Shown: positions 23,551 through 33,240 of the stretch, piece by piece
Layout: the number at the start of each line of letters is the position of its first letter
How positions within the stretch are numbered: the stretch's first letter is position 1
Assembly: GCA_022820545.1 (NCBI GenBank)
Contig: JAJEFG010000107.1
Location: forward strand, 29,579 to 93,578
Direction: 5' to 3'
Length of the DNA stretch: 64,000 bases
Origin: Acidobacteriota bacterium
Lineage (GTDB): Bacteria; Acidobacteriota; Vicinamibacteria; Marinacidobacterales; Marinacidobacteraceae
The notes under the pieces: generated by a model
Told to the model about the DNA's origin: nothing
The model's input: only the letters and a program-made list of their open reading frames with translations
Database searches by the model: none
Position numbers and translations under genes: made by a program

Positions 23551-23925
23551 TCATGGCTCCCTTACCCGGCTTCGCAGCCACGGCTCCAGGTTCTCGAAAC
23601 GGAAGGTTCCGGTTTCGTAGAGCCGGGAAACGAAGCCGAAGACATCATCGGAATCGGCTTCCAGATGTGCACCGTTGATTGCCAGGAACGTGTGCATCAC
23701 GGCGAACGCCGTCCGTTTGTTTCCGTCCAGGAACGGATGATTCTGCGAGAGGCTCTCCCACAGCGCCGCCGCCTCCTCGATGAGGTCGGCGTAGTAGCCG
23801 GTCCGGGGCCGGTAGAGGGCCGCTTCGAGGAGACCGGGATCCCGGATCCCGTGTGTTCCCCCGTACTCCTCGATCTGATCGAAGTGAATGGCGAGGACTT
23901 CCGCAAACGTCGGACAGTCGCTCAC
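23551..23925 (-). CDS. doc: Doc (death-on-curing) Fic-family toxin
   Basis: This is the C-terminal 124 aa of ORF 23551..24345(-). The Fic motif is HPFLDGNKRTAFAVMHTFL. The GTG start overlaps the antitoxin stop (GTGA). Confidence 0.75.
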   Translation of the reverse strand: MSDCPTFAEVLAIHFDQIEEYGGTHGIRDPGLLEAALYRPRTGYYADLIEEAAALWESLSQNHPFLDGNKRTAFAVMHTFLAINGAHLEADSDDVFGFVSRLYETGTFRFENLEPWLRSRVREP

Positions 23926-24182
23926 TTCGCGAGCTTCTTGTAGAGCTCGCCGTACTTGTCGCGGCTCTCCAGATAGGCCTCCATGACGTGGGGACGGGGC
24001 CGGCCCTGGTTGCGCTTGTCGATCAGATCTCGAAGCGCCTCGTCCACCAGTGCCTGGATCTGGCGGCCTTCCTGCGCCGCGATCTTGCGCACCTTGGCCA
24101 AGGTCTCCGGTTCGACCTGGGTGGCGAATTTCTGGCGAGACGTGGGCAAGGGTCGCTTCTCCTGGTCGGGCATACGTGTCAT
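23922..24182 (-). CDS. RHH/CopG-type antitoxin partnered with Doc
   Basis: 86-aa ORF. The RHH-like segment is FATQVEPETLAKVRKIAAQEGRQIQALVDEALRDLI. It lies immediately upstream of Doc and overlaps it. Confidence 0.65.
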   Translation of the reverse strand: MTRMPDQEKRPLPTSRQKFATQVEPETLAKVRKIAAQEGRQIQALVDEALRDLIDKRNQGRPRPHVMEAYLESRDKYGELYKKLAK

Positions 24183-24194
24183 GATAAATCATGA
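24179..24194. promoter_or_regulatory. AT-rich palindrome TCATGAT-AA-ATCATGA spanning the divergent start codons of the RHH antitoxin (-) and the S9 peptidase (+); putative TA operator/promoter
   Basis: A 7-bp inverted repeat with a 2-bp spacer. It sits in the only AT-rich 25-mer in the region. Confidence 0.45.
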
Positions 24195-26140
24195 TGAATC
24201 CGGATGTCTGGCGATTCCGGCGGCCCGGTACGTGGAAGAGCGTTTTCCGACCGATATCGCCTGTCTGTCTTGTATTGGGTTGGACCGTCGTTGCCTTCCC
24301 TGGTTGTGGTGAATCGGGCCGCGACGGTTCGTCTGCTCCCGGCAAGGTCCCGCTAACGCTTCAAAACATCTACCGGGACGCGCGGGGCGGCGTGTTCTCC
24401 GCGGCGATCTCGCCCGACAGCCGCTGGGTGGCGGCGGTGGCCGAAAGCGAGGACGGCCGAGGTATCCACCTGGTCGACCTGACCGAGGACCCGCCGGTCC
24501 CGCGTTTCTGGCTGTCCGGAGGCTCCCCGGCATGGTCGCCGGACAGCCGCCGGATCGCCTTCGTCCGCGGCGGCAACCTCTTTCGCGCCCCGGTCGGCGA
24601 TCCGGACGCCGTCCAGCTCACCGACGGCCTCGCGGGCGTCCGCGCCCCGGCCTGGTCGCCCGGCGGCAAGACCGTCGCGGTGATGGCGAGCGCGAGCGGC
24701 AGTCAGGACGTCTGGCTCGTGCCGGCGGCAGGCGGCGAACCGCGCCCGCTCACCTCGGGCGCGATGACCGCCGACGAGGTGCGGTTCGGGGTTTCCTGGT
24801 CGCCGGACGGCGGGACGGTCGCCTACGTCGGGAACAAGGCGGACTACCGCGCCGACGACGTCTGGCTTGCCGAGGTCGCGACGGGCGACGAACGCCGGAT
24901 CACCACTTCGATCCGCGCTATCTCCACGGTCCCGGCGTGGTCTCCCGACGGCGGCCGGCTCGCGGTCCTCGGCGTGAAGAACGAGGAGTACTGGTATCTC
25001 GATATCGCCGACCTCTATCTGCTCGACCCGGCGGGCGGCCCGGAAGAGCCGCTCCCCATGTCTTCCTTCGCCACCGCCTACCGGTTCCGGCCCTTCTGGT
25101 CCGGAGACGGAGCGCGCCTGTTCTTCACCCACCAGGAGCGAGGCGAACACCACCTGTGGTCGGTCCCCGCCGCGGGCGGCGCGGCGACCCGGGTGACGAA
25201 CCTGGGCGGGGTGTTCGGGAGCGTCACCGCAAGCGCCGGTGCCGAGCGCTTCGCGTTCATCCGTTCGTCCGCCACCGAGGGTTCGGATCTCTACACGGTT
25301 CCCGCCTCCGGCGGCCCGGCGGAGCGGCTGACCCGACTGGCGCCGGTCTGGGACGGGGTCCAGTCGCCGCGCGAGGTTTCCTACCGCAGCTTCGACGGCC
25401 ACTACATCCAGGGGTTCCTCCATCTCCCGCCGGAGGTCGAGGCCGGCGGCGTCTGCCCGGCGCTCGTGCAGGTCCACGGCGGCGGGACGAACTCCTACCT
25501 GGCGGGGCCCAACCTCGCCGACCAGTACCTGGCTTCCCGGGGCTTCGTGGTGCTCGCCGTGAACTACCGGGGCGGCTCGGGGTTCGGCCGCGAGTTCCAG
25601 GACCTCGGGGACGAGGACTGGCTGAACGAACAGGCCCTCGATCCCGGAGCGGCCGCCGACTGGTTGCGGGAGCAGCCGTACGTGAGCGGGCGGGTCGGGA
25701 TCTACGGCTACAGCTACGGCGGCATGCAGAGCATGGCGGCGATCACCCGCACCCCGGACAAGTTCGACGCCGCCGCCCCGATGGCCGGCATCTATTCCGA
25801 GCGGCAGACCTTCGAGCACCAGGACCGGCTCGGCCGGATCTTCACGATCGATGGCCACGGGGGGCTTCCCGAAGAACGCCCCGAGATCTACGACAAGACC
25901 GAGACCATCGCCCGGATCGGCCACATCACCGCGCCGGTGCTCATCCAGCACGGCGACCGGGACGTCCGCGCGCCCTTCCTGAACTTCGAACTCGCGGTGG
26001 CCGCGTTCGAGGAACACGGCATCGAGTACGAGGCCCACACCTACCCGGAGGGGCACGGCTTTCGCGATCCTGAGAACCGCATCGCGCTCTACCGCCGGGT
26101 GGAGGAGTTCTTCACGCGCGAACTGGGAACCTGCCGCTGA
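24191..26140 (+). CDS. S9-family serine peptidase (prolyl oligopeptidase/acylaminoacyl-peptidase type) with N-terminal WD40/TolB-like propeller
   Basis: 649-aa ORF. Propeller repeats (AWSPDG) are present. The catalytic domain has GIYGYSYGG (Ser), HGDRDVRAP (Asp) and EGHGF (His). The N-terminal start is uncertain. Confidence 0.8.
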   Translation: MMNPDVWRFRRPGTWKSVFRPISPVCLVLGWTVVAFPGCGESGRDGSSAPGKVPLTLQNIYRDARGGVFSAAISPDSRWVAAVAESEDGRGIHLVDLTEDPPVPRFWLSGGSPAWSPDSRRIAFVRGGNLFRAPVGDPDAVQLTDGLAGVRAPAWSPGGKTVAVMASASGSQDVWLVPAAGGEPRPLTSGAMTADEVRFGVSWSPDGGTVAYVGNKADYRADDVWLAEVATGDERRITTSIRAISTVPAWSPDGGRLAVLGVKNEEYWYLDIADLYLLDPAGGPEEPLPMSSFATAYRFRPFWSGDGARLFFTHQERGEHHLWSVPAAGGAATRVTNLGGVFGSVTASAGAERFAFIRSSATEGSDLYTVPASGGPAERLTRLAPVWDGVQSPREVSYRSFDGHYIQGFLHLPPEVEAGGVCPALVQVHGGGTNSYLAGPNLADQYLASRGFVVLAVNYRGGSGFGREFQDLGDEDWLNEQALDPGAAADWLREQPYVSGRVGIYGYSYGGMQSMAAITRTPDKFDAAAPMAGIYSERQTFEHQDRLGRIFTIDGHGGLPEERPEIYDKTETIARIGHITAPVLIQHGDRDVRAPFLNFELAVAAFEEHGIEYEAHTYPEGHGFRDPENRIALYRRVEEFFTRELGTCR

Positions 26141-26215
26141 GGGGCGTCTTGCCGGACCGGGAGGGTGGCGGGACGGACTGGAATGCCAACTGCCCGTCGG
26201 TGACCCACGCGGCCG

Positions 26216-26260
26216 GGAACGCCGGCTTCAGCGGGCACGCGCGGCGCTCGGCGCCGCGCG
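26216..26260 (+). repeat. REP-like element family B copy (GGAACGCCGGCTTCAGCGGGCACGC) plus adjacent perfect hairpin CGCGCGGCGC-TCG-GCGCCGCGCG
   Basis: Intergenic, lying between the S9 peptidase and the downstream membrane protein. Confidence 0.65.
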
Positions 26261-26475
26261 CGTCGTAGCGCTGTTCGCGACGAGCAGTGCGCAAGAGTCG
26301 CTGTCTCCCAACATGTAGCACTGGCGGGGCGGTCCCGGCCGGCGGGCCGCCAGGCCGGGTTCGCCGTGGCTGCCCGGCCGGGAGTTCGGGTAAATTGCGA
26401 ACGCACTGCCTGGGCGGGACTGGCGGTCGTGGAGGCTGAGTCCAGGTCTCGCGGAACGGGGCGGGAGGGGTCCGC

Positions 26476-28023
26476 ATGAACGAGACGATTCAGGCCATCC
26501 TGCAACGCGTGATGGACGCGGGGATCGACTACGTTCCCACGGTCCTCGGCGCCCTCGGCATCCTGGTCCTGGGCTGGCTCATCGCGCTGGCGCTGCGCAC
26601 CGTGGTCATTCGGTTGCTGCGGCGCACCACCATCGACGATCGCCTGGGTGAATGGATCACCGGGCGCAAGGACATCGAGGTCGAACGGGCCGCCGGTTCC
26701 ATCGTGTTCTGGGTCGCCATGCTCTTCGTGGCGATCGCCGTGTTCCAGACACTACGGCTGACGGACCTGGCCGAGCCGCTCAACGTCTTCCTGACCGAAC
26801 TGAGCCGCTTCGCGTTTCGCCTCGGCGGGGCTGCCGCGCTCCTGCTGCTGGCCTGGGCCGTGGCGACCGTGGTGCGCAACGTCCTGTCGGGAGTCCTCGG
26901 CAGGGTGGATCTCGACCGCCGGCTCGGCTCCGCCCGCGAGGACGGCTCCCCCGCGCCCGCCCTCAGCGCCAGCATCAGCCAGGCGGGGTACTGGCTGGTC
27001 TTCCTGCTCTTCCTGCCGGCGGTTCTCGGCGCGCTGGCCCTCGAGGGACTGCTGCAGCCGGTGCAGGCGCTGATCGACGAGCTGCTGGGCTTCCTGCCGA
27101 ACCTGCTCGGCGCCGGCGTCACCCTGGCGATCGGCTGGTTCGTGGCCAGCCTGGTGCGGCGGATCACGACCAACCTGGGAAGCGCCGCCGGCCTCGACCG
27201 CGCCGGAGAGCGCTTCGGCCTGAAGCCCGTCCTGGGCCAGATGGACCTGTCGGCGCTCGTCGGCTACGTGGTGTACGGCCTGATCCTCATCCCGGTGCTG
27301 ATCGCGACGCTCAACACCCTCGAGCTCGACGCCGTGACCGGGCCGGCCAGCCAGATGCTGGGCTCGATCCTGGCCGCGATCCCGATGCTGTTCGGCGCCG
27401 TGCTGGTGGTGTTCGTCGCCTACGTGGTGGGACGGGTGGTGGCGAACCTGGTCCAGACCGTGCTGGCCGGCGCCGGCTTCGACAACATCTCGGTGGGGCT
27501 GGGCCTGTCCCGCACCCAGTTCGAGGGCCGGAGTCCGTCGCAGATCGCCGGGATGCTGATCCTCGTGACGATCATGCTGCTCGCCTCCATCGAGTCCGCG
27601 AACCTGCTCGGATTCGAGTCCCTGAGCGCCCTGATCCGCGACTTCCTGGTGCTCGGCGGGCGCATCGTCTTCGGACTGGTCCTGCTGGCGGTCGGGCTGT
27701 TTCTCGCGAAGCTGGCGGCCGGGACCATCGCCGCGAGCGGGCTGCGGCACGGCCCCTGGCTGGCGATGGCGGCCCGCATCTCGATCCTGGTGCTCTCGGG
27801 AGCGGTGGCGCTGCGTCACATGGGGCTCGCGAACGAGATCATCACCGTCGCCTTCGGCACGCTCTTCGGTGGCGTCGCGGTGGCTGCGGTGCTCGCCTTC
27901 GGCCTCGGTTCGCGCCACGTCGCCACCCGGCTGGTGGATGAGTGGATGGAGCGCTGGACCCGTTCCCGGGAGGCGGCGAACGGGCCGCCGGCGAAGGATT
28001 CGGAACCGGCCGACGGCGCCTGA
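26476..28023 (+). CDS. Membrane protein with ~5 tandem 'conserved TM helix' (PF05552-like, MscS-N-terminal-type) repeats
   Basis: There are five ~90-aa repeats of an amphipathic segment followed by a TM helix, for example IQAILQRVMDAGIDYVPTVLGALGILVLGWLIALALR and VQALIDELLGFLPNLLGAGVTLAIGWFVASLVRR. Confidence 0.6.
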   Translation: MNETIQAILQRVMDAGIDYVPTVLGALGILVLGWLIALALRTVVIRLLRRTTIDDRLGEWITGRKDIEVERAAGSIVFWVAMLFVAIAVFQTLRLTDLAEPLNVFLTELSRFAFRLGGAAALLLLAWAVATVVRNVLSGVLGRVDLDRRLGSAREDGSPAPALSASISQAGYWLVFLLFLPAVLGALALEGLLQPVQALIDELLGFLPNLLGAGVTLAIGWFVASLVRRITTNLGSAAGLDRAGERFGLKPVLGQMDLSALVGYVVYGLILIPVLIATLNTLELDAVTGPASQMLGSILAAIPMLFGAVLVVFVAYVVGRVVANLVQTVLAGAGFDNISVGLGLSRTQFEGRSPSQIAGMLILVTIMLLASIESANLLGFESLSALIRDFLVLGGRIVFGLVLLAVGLFLAKLAAGTIAASGLRHGPWLAMAARISILVLSGAVALRHMGLANEIITVAFGTLFGGVAVAAVLAFGLGSRHVATRLVDEWMERWTRSREAANGPPAKDSEPADGA

Positions 28024-28489
28024 CCGCGGCGGCGGCCGGCACCCAGTGTCACGTCATTCGTGGAGTGTCGGATAGAGCCGAAGCAACTTCACGCGGGCGT
28101 CGGCAGTGGTGAGCTGTCAGTTGACTTTGGCTTGGATCTGGTCCCGGAGCGCTTGCCGAGCGTTGACCTGCCGGGAGAGACGCGCCGTTACCTCCTGTCT
28201 TCCAGCGGAGACTCGTCCTCGGGGAACTCCAGGGGCCGGTAGCCGTACTGGCCGCGGGGAGGCAGTTCGACCCCGTTCTCCGGACCAGAATAGCGCCGAC
28301 AGATATCGGACACGCTTTCCTCGCTGGTGCGTTCCTCGCGCTGTTTCCGGATCAGCCGGCGGACGAACTCCGCCATCGAGATCCCGGCTCTCCTGGCCTC
28401 GGCCTGCAACCAGGACTTCTCCGCCCTTCCGGCACCGCCGCCACGGTACGATCCCGATCCGCCTGACCGGACCGTTCGAGGAGGAACCA

Positions 28490-29878
28490 TTGAGCGAACC
28501 CGACACCAGAATCGAAAGAGACACCCTCGGCGAGGTGGCCGTTCCGGCAGAGCGGCTCTACGGGGCGCAGACCGAGCGCTCCCGGCAGAACTTCCGGATC
28601 TCCGGCGAGCGGATGCCCCGGGAGATCGTCGCCGCGCTGGCCCTCGTCAAGAAGGCGGCGGCGCTCGTGAACCGGGACCTCGGCCGGATCTCCGAGGACA
28701 AGGCGGACGCCATCGCGGCGGCGGCCGACGAGGTGCTCGCCGGCGAACATCCGGACGAGTTCCCGCTCCTCGTCTGGCAGACCGGCAGCGGCACCCAGTC
28801 CAACATGAACATGAACGAGGTGCTCGCGAACCGCGCCAGCGAGATCCTCGGCGGGCCGCGCGGCGAGGGGCGGCTCATCCACCCCAACGACGACGTGAAC
28901 CGGGGCCAGTCCTCGAACGACGTGTTCCCCACCGCGATGCACGTGGCGGCGGTGCTGGCCCTCGAGGAGCGGGTGTTGCCCGCGGTCCGCGCGCTCGCCG
29001 CGGCGCTCGCCGAACGGGCGGCGGCTTTCGGGTCGGTGGTGAAGATCGGCCGCACCCATCTCCAGGACGCCACGCCGCTCACGCTCGGCCAGGAGTTCTC
29101 GGGCTACGCCGCCCAACTCGAACACGGCGCCGCGCGGATCGAGGCCTCGCTCCCGCACCTCCGCGAGCTCGCGCTCGGCGGCACCGCGGTCGGGACCGGC
29201 CTGAACGCCCACCCCGAGATGGGGGCGCGGGCGGCGACCTGGCTCACCCGGCTCACCGGATGCGAGTTCGTGACCGCCCCCAACAAGTTCGAGGCGCTCG
29301 CCTCGAAGGACGCCCTGGTCGCGGGGCACGGGGCGCTGAAGACGGTGGCGGTGTCGCTCCACAAGATCGCGAACGACATCCGCTGGCTGGCCTCCGGCCC
29401 GCGCTCCGGCATCGGGGAGATCCGGATTCCGGCGAACGAACCGGGCAGCTCCATCATGCCGGGCAAGGTGAACCCGACCCAGTCCGAGGCGCTCCTGATG
29501 GCGTCGGCCCAGGTCCTGGGAAACGACGTCGCCATCGGGGTTGGCGGGGCGGGGGGCAACTTCGAGCTGAACGTCATGAAACCGCTGATCGCCCACAATT
29601 TCCTCGGGAGCGCCCGCCTCATCGCGGACGGCTGCGACAGCTTCCGGGAACGCTGCGTGATCGGCATCGAACCGAACGAAGGGCGCCTGCGCGAGAACCT
29701 GGAGCGCTCGCTGATGCTCGTCACCGCGCTGAACCCCCACATCGGCTACGACAACGCGGCGAAGATCGCCAAGAAGGCCTACGCCGACGGAACCTCGCTC
29801 AAGGAAGCGGCGCTCGCCCTCGGCCTCCTCACCGCCGAGCAGTTCGACGAGTGGGTCCGGCCTGACGCGATGGTTTAG
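28490..29878 (+). CDS. fumC: Fumarate hydratase class II
   Basis: TTG start after AGGAGG. The N-terminus [28 protein letters not shown] matches FumC. The signature is [16 protein letters not shown]. The upstream 380 nt of ORF 28106..29878 are non-coding. Confidence 0.85.
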   Translation: MSEPDTRIERDTLGEVAVPAERLYGAQTERSRQNFRISGERMPREIVAALALVKKAAALVNRDLGRISEDKADAIAAAADEVLAGEHPDEFPLLVWQTGSGTQSNMNMNEVLANRASEILGGPRGEGRLIHPNDDVNRGQSSNDVFPTAMHVAAVLALEERVLPAVRALAAALAERAAAFGSVVKIGRTHLQDATPLTLGQEFSGYAAQLEHGAARIEASLPHLRELALGGTAVGTGLNAHPEMGARAATWLTRLTGCEFVTAPNKFEALASKDALVAGHGALKTVAVSLHKIANDIRWLASGPRSGIGEIRIPANEPGSSIMPGKVNPTQSEALLMASAQVLGNDVAIGVGGAGGNFELNVMKPLIAHNFLGSARLIADGCDSFRERCVIGIEPNEGRLRENLERSLMLVTALNPHIGYDNAAKIAKKAYADGTSLKEAALALGLLTAEQFDEWVRPDAMV

Positions 29879-29915
29879 ACGAGTTCCCGGGCGGGCGCTC
29901 CGTCAGCGCGTTCCT

Positions 29916-29942
29916 TTGAATGAGGCATACTGCTGCTATACT
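29916..29942 (+). promoter_or_regulatory. Putative sigma70-like promoter TTGAAT-15nt-TATACT for vapBC; the -10 overlaps the inverted repeat TATACTC-AAT-GAGTAT(G) (29937-29953)
   Basis: AT-rich hexamers lie directly upstream of vapB. The palindrome spans the -10 and the first codons, which suggests a leaderless or autoregulated transcript. Confidence 0.4.
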
Positions 29943-29944
29943 CA

Positions 29945-30196
29945 ATGAGTATGAAGCGGCTGCAAGTGGTCATGTCAGACGAAGAACTCGACGGTTTTCA
30001 CCAGACTGCTCGCGCCGAGGGACTGCGCCTTTCCGAATGGGTTCGCCGCACGCTCCGCGCTGCCCGTCAGGCGGCGTCGGCCGAACGGATTGAGCGAAAG
30101 CTGCAGGCGATCGAAGCTGCGGCGAACTGGAAAGCCCCGACTGCGGACCCGGAACAGATGCTTGCCGAGATCGAGGCCGGACGCCTTGCCGATTGA
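29945..30196 (+). CDS. vapB: VapB-type RHH antitoxin
   Basis: 83 aa. The RHH segment is KRLQVVMSDEELDGFHQTARAEGLRLSEWVRRTLRAA. It overlaps vapC (TTGA). Confidence 0.7.
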   Translation: MSMKRLQVVMSDEELDGFHQTARAEGLRLSEWVRRTLRAARQAASAERIERKLQAIEAAANWKAPTADPEQMLAEIEAGRLAD

Positions 30197-30597
30197 CCTT
30201 CGTTGACTCGAACGTCCCGATGTACCTCGTCGGGAAAGAACATCCCCGCCGGGAAGATGCCGTGCGCGCCCTGGCGGAGCTTGTGCGGCAGACCGAACCG
30301 CTGGTGAGCAGCGCCGAGGTTGTACAGGAAATCCTGCACCGGTATCACGCGATCGGTCGCCGTGAATTCGTCCAACCGGCGATCCGGTTGCTGTTGGAAC
30401 TGACCGAGGGGGACATCTTTCCGGCGACCCTGAACGACACGCTGCGAGCTGGCGAACTGCTCGTCTCGTTCCCGGAAATCTCCTCCCGCGACGCGGTGCA
30501 TCTCGCCGTCATGGAGAGTCGCGGCGTTTCCCGGATCCTCTCGTTCGATCGCGGTTTTGACGTCGCTACCGGGATCGAGCGGATTCCCGACTTCTGA
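30193..30597 (+). CDS. vapC: VapC PIN-domain toxin
   Basis: TTG start. FVDSNVPMY carries the first Asp of the PIN domain; EV, HLAVME and LSFDRGFD carry the remaining acidic residues. Confidence 0.8.
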   Translation: MTFVDSNVPMYLVGKEHPRREDAVRALAELVRQTEPLVSSAEVVQEILHRYHAIGRREFVQPAIRLLLELTEGDIFPATLNDTLRAGELLVSFPEISSRDAVHLAVMESRGVSRILSFDRGFDVATGIERIPDF

Positions 30598-30612
30598 GCG
30601 GGATCCCAGCCC

Positions 30613-31584
30613 CTAACCGCTGTCCCGGACGGCCTCGGTGACCAGCGGAATCACCTCCAGCGCGTCACCGACGATCCCCACGTCGGCCGCGCCGAAGATG
30701 GGGGCGTCGGGGTCCTTGTTGATGGCCACCACGAACCGGGAGCCGCGCATGCCCACGAGGTGCTGGATGGCGCCGGAGATGGCGCAGGCGACGTAGAGCT
30801 TCGGCGACACGGTGGCGCCGCTCGAGCCGATCTGGAGCTCGTGAGGAAGCCAGCCGGCGTCGGTCACCGCCCGGGAAGCCCCGACCACGCCGCCGAGCGC
30901 CGCCGCCAGTTCGTGCACGATGTCGAGGTTCTCGGGACCGCCGAGGCCGCGGCCGGCCGCCACCACCACGTCCGCCGCCGTCAGGTCCACCCCGCCGGCG
31001 CCCGCGTCCCGGACCTCGACGAGGCGCGAACGCAGATCGCCGGGGCCCACGGGGGAGGGGAGGATGCGCACGGAGAGCGCCGGCCCCGGTTCCCGGGCCG
31101 GGAAGGCCCCGCGCTCCACCGTCGCCACCGCGGGGAGGCCGGGCGCCTCCACCTCCTGGACGAACTTCCCGAGAAAGGCGGAACGCCTCGCGACGAGTCC
31201 GTCCCCGCGCCAGGAAAGCGCCGACACGGCGGTGGCGGCGGCGGTTCCCAGCCGCGCCGCGACCAGCGGCGCGACGTCCCAACCGACCGGGTCGTGGGGC
31301 AAGAGGACGCACTCGGCGCCGCTCGCTTCCCGGGCGTGCAGCACCGCGGCGGCGGTCCCGTCCGCGGTCGGGGACGCGTGGGCCGGCCCTTCCACCAGCA
31401 GGAGTTCCCCCGCCGGCAGGACCTCGCGCAGCCCCTCGGCCTCGCTGGCGTCACCGACCGGGAGGACGGCGCTCACCCGGTCCGGCCCGCCGGCGAGCCG
31501 GGAAGCGGCCTCGATCAGTTCGTAGCTGGCGTCAGTGACGCCGCTTTCGCTCCGCTCGGCGAGGGTGAGGACCCGGCGGCTCAT
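30613..31584 (-). CDS. etfA: Electron transfer flavoprotein alpha subunit
   Basis: This is the C-terminal 323 aa of ORF 30613..32145(-), starting [11 protein letters not shown]. The FAD-binding C-terminus is [28 protein letters not shown]. The ATGA overlaps etfB. Confidence 0.85.
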   Translation of the reverse strand: MSRRVLTLAERSESGVTDASYELIEAASRLAGGPDRVSAVLPVGDASEAEGLREVLPAGELLLVEGPAHASPTADGTAAAVLHAREASGAECVLLPHDPVGWDVAPLVAARLGTAAATAVSALSWRGDGLVARRSAFLGKFVQEVEAPGLPAVATVERGAFPAREPGPALSVRILPSPVGPGDLRSRLVEVRDAGAGGVDLTAADVVVAAGRGLGGPENLDIVHELAAALGGVVGASRAVTDAGWLPHELQIGSSGATVSPKLYVACAISGAIQHLVGMRGSRFVVAINKDPDAPIFGAADVGIVGDALEVIPLVTEAVRDSG

Positions 31585-32360
31585 GCCGTGTCTCCGGGAA
31601 AGGAGACTCCGGCGCCGGCCCGCATCCGGGGAACGAGCGCCGCCGCCGCCTCCTGGGGGGACCCCGGGAGGATCTCGGCGCTGGCGCCGCGTTCGGGCCT
31701 GCCGAGCGTCAGCCGCCGAAGCCCGCCGCCGTCCGCGGGAGCGGCGAGTTCGACGCGCTCCACCGGCTTGCGCCGCGAGGCCATGATGCCGCGGAGACTC
31801 GCGTAGCGCGGGGTGTTGATGCCGGTCTGGACGGCCACCACCGCCGGCAGGCGGAGTTCGACGACCGCGATCCGGCCGCCTTCGAGTTCGCGGTGCGCCT
31901 CGAGGCGCCCGTCCCGGAACTGCAGTCCGGTGGCGGCGGAGGCGAACGAGAAGCCGAGCAGGCCCGCCACCAGCCCTCCCACCTGTCCGTGGCCGCTGTC
32001 CTCGGCAAGGAGGCCGGCAAACACCACCCCGGCGTCGAGTCCGGAAACGGCGCCCGCGAGCGCCCGCGCCACGAAGAAGGGATCGGCGAGGTGCGCGCGA
32101 TCGGTCACCAGATGCACTCCGCGGTCCACTCCCATCGCGAGGCAACTCCGGAGCACCTGGCCGGCGTCCGCCGGGCCGGCGGTCACCGCCACGGTCTCCG
32201 CCGCGTGTCCGGCCTCTTTCAGCGCCAGGGCCGCCTCGACGGCGTAGCGGTCGTAGTCGTTGATGCCGTAACCGAGGCTGGATTCGTCGATCCAGTCACC
32301 CGCCGGGCGAAAGGCGGAGTTGCGGTCGGGAACCTGCTTGACGAGAGCGACGGCGTTCAT
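31581..32360 (-). CDS. etfB: Electron transfer flavoprotein beta subunit
   Basis: 259 aa; MNAVALVKQVPD is the EtfB N-terminus. Confidence 0.85.
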   Translation of the reverse strand: MNAVALVKQVPDRNSAFRPAGDWIDESSLGYGINDYDRYAVEAALALKEAGHAAETVAVTAGPADAGQVLRSCLAMGVDRGVHLVTDRAHLADPFFVARALAGAVSGLDAGVVFAGLLAEDSGHGQVGGLVAGLLGFSFASAATGLQFRDGRLEAHRELEGGRIAVVELRLPAVVAVQTGINTPRYASLRGIMASRRKPVERVELAAPADGGGLRRLTLGRPERGASAEILPGSPQEAAAALVPRMRAGAGVSFPGDTA

Positions 32361-32374
32361 GGAATTCGGGCCGT

Positions 32375-32995
32375 ATGATCGCCGCGCTAGCGTCCGGGGG
32401 CAAGGTGAGCGGCAAAGTCCCGAGAGGGTCCTACGTGGTGGCGGGGATCCTCGCGCTCGCGACCGGGCTCGGCCTGCTCGCGGTCGCCGGGAAGCCGACC
32501 GCCATCCGGCGGCCGGACCCGGTGGACCGTCCGGTCCTGCTGATCCCGGACTTCGACAACCGCACCGGCCGCGGCGAGTTCACCCCCCTGGCGCGACAAC
32601 TCACCGACGCGGTGCGGGCGCGTCTCGCGCGGGATCCGGGCGGCATCTTCCAACTGTCGCCGCGGCGGCTCCGCCCGGCTTTCGGTCCCTCGGAACGCGA
32701 GGAAGGGCTGGTGGGGATAGCCGCCCGCCTCGGTGCGGACTACGTCCTCGCCGGCAGCCTCGAATCGGGCCCGGGGGAACCGCTCGGCCCGGGTTCGTCC
32801 TGGACGCCTCCGCGCGAGGCCCGCGGCGGCGGCGAGGAGATCCGCCTCGACGTCCTCCTGGTGCGGGACTCGGACCCGCCCCACGTGTTCGCCGAACGCT
32901 TCCTGCTGGGGTCGCCGAACCCGGAAGAGGCCGAGGACCGGCAACTCGCGGACTGGGTCGGCGAGCGGATCGCACTCTCCCTCAGCCGCCCGTGA
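32375..32995 (+). CDS. Membrane-anchored protein with TolB-N-terminal-like/LpoB-like domain
   Basis: A TM anchor SYVVAGILALATGLGLLAVAG is followed by VLLIPDFDNRTGRGEFTPLARQLTD and LGADYVLAGSLE. Confidence 0.4.
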   Translation: MIAALASGGKVSGKVPRGSYVVAGILALATGLGLLAVAGKPTAIRRPDPVDRPVLLIPDFDNRTGRGEFTPLARQLTDAVRARLARDPGGIFQLSPRRLRPAFGPSEREEGLVGIAARLGADYVLAGSLESGPGEPLGPGSSWTPPREARGGGEEIRLDVLLVRDSDPPHVFAERFLLGSPNPEEAEDRQLADWVGERIALSLSRP

Positions 32996-33161
32996 CACGC
33001 CCGTCCGTCCGGCGCGTGCACCCAGCGATAGCCCGACCCTCCGGGACGTCGCCGAGATCAGGTCAGGTGGATCGCGAGTGGCACGCCGGTGAGCGCATCA
33101 CGTCGCGGTAAGGCACCCGTCCTGCGGGTCGGAAGGGGGGAGCGTCGTCTCGCGTTTCGCC

Positions 33162-33214
33162 TCGCTGCGCTCGGCGATGCCGGCCGGATTGCCGGCGCTC
33201 CGAGCCATAGCGCC
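33162..33214 (+). repeat. REP-like element family A copy 2
   Basis: GCGTTTCGCCTCGCTGCGCTCGGCGATGCCGGCCGGATTGCCGGCGCTCCGAGC. It lies in the convergent intergenic spacer. Confidence 0.7.
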
Positions 33215-33240
33215 ACGATTCCCGCCGGAGGCGGCGGTCC

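Noticed and set aside
30665-31806. Several 150-350-aa ORFs overlapping etfA and etfB on both strands
   Set aside because: Off-frame or antisense shadows of the ETF genes.
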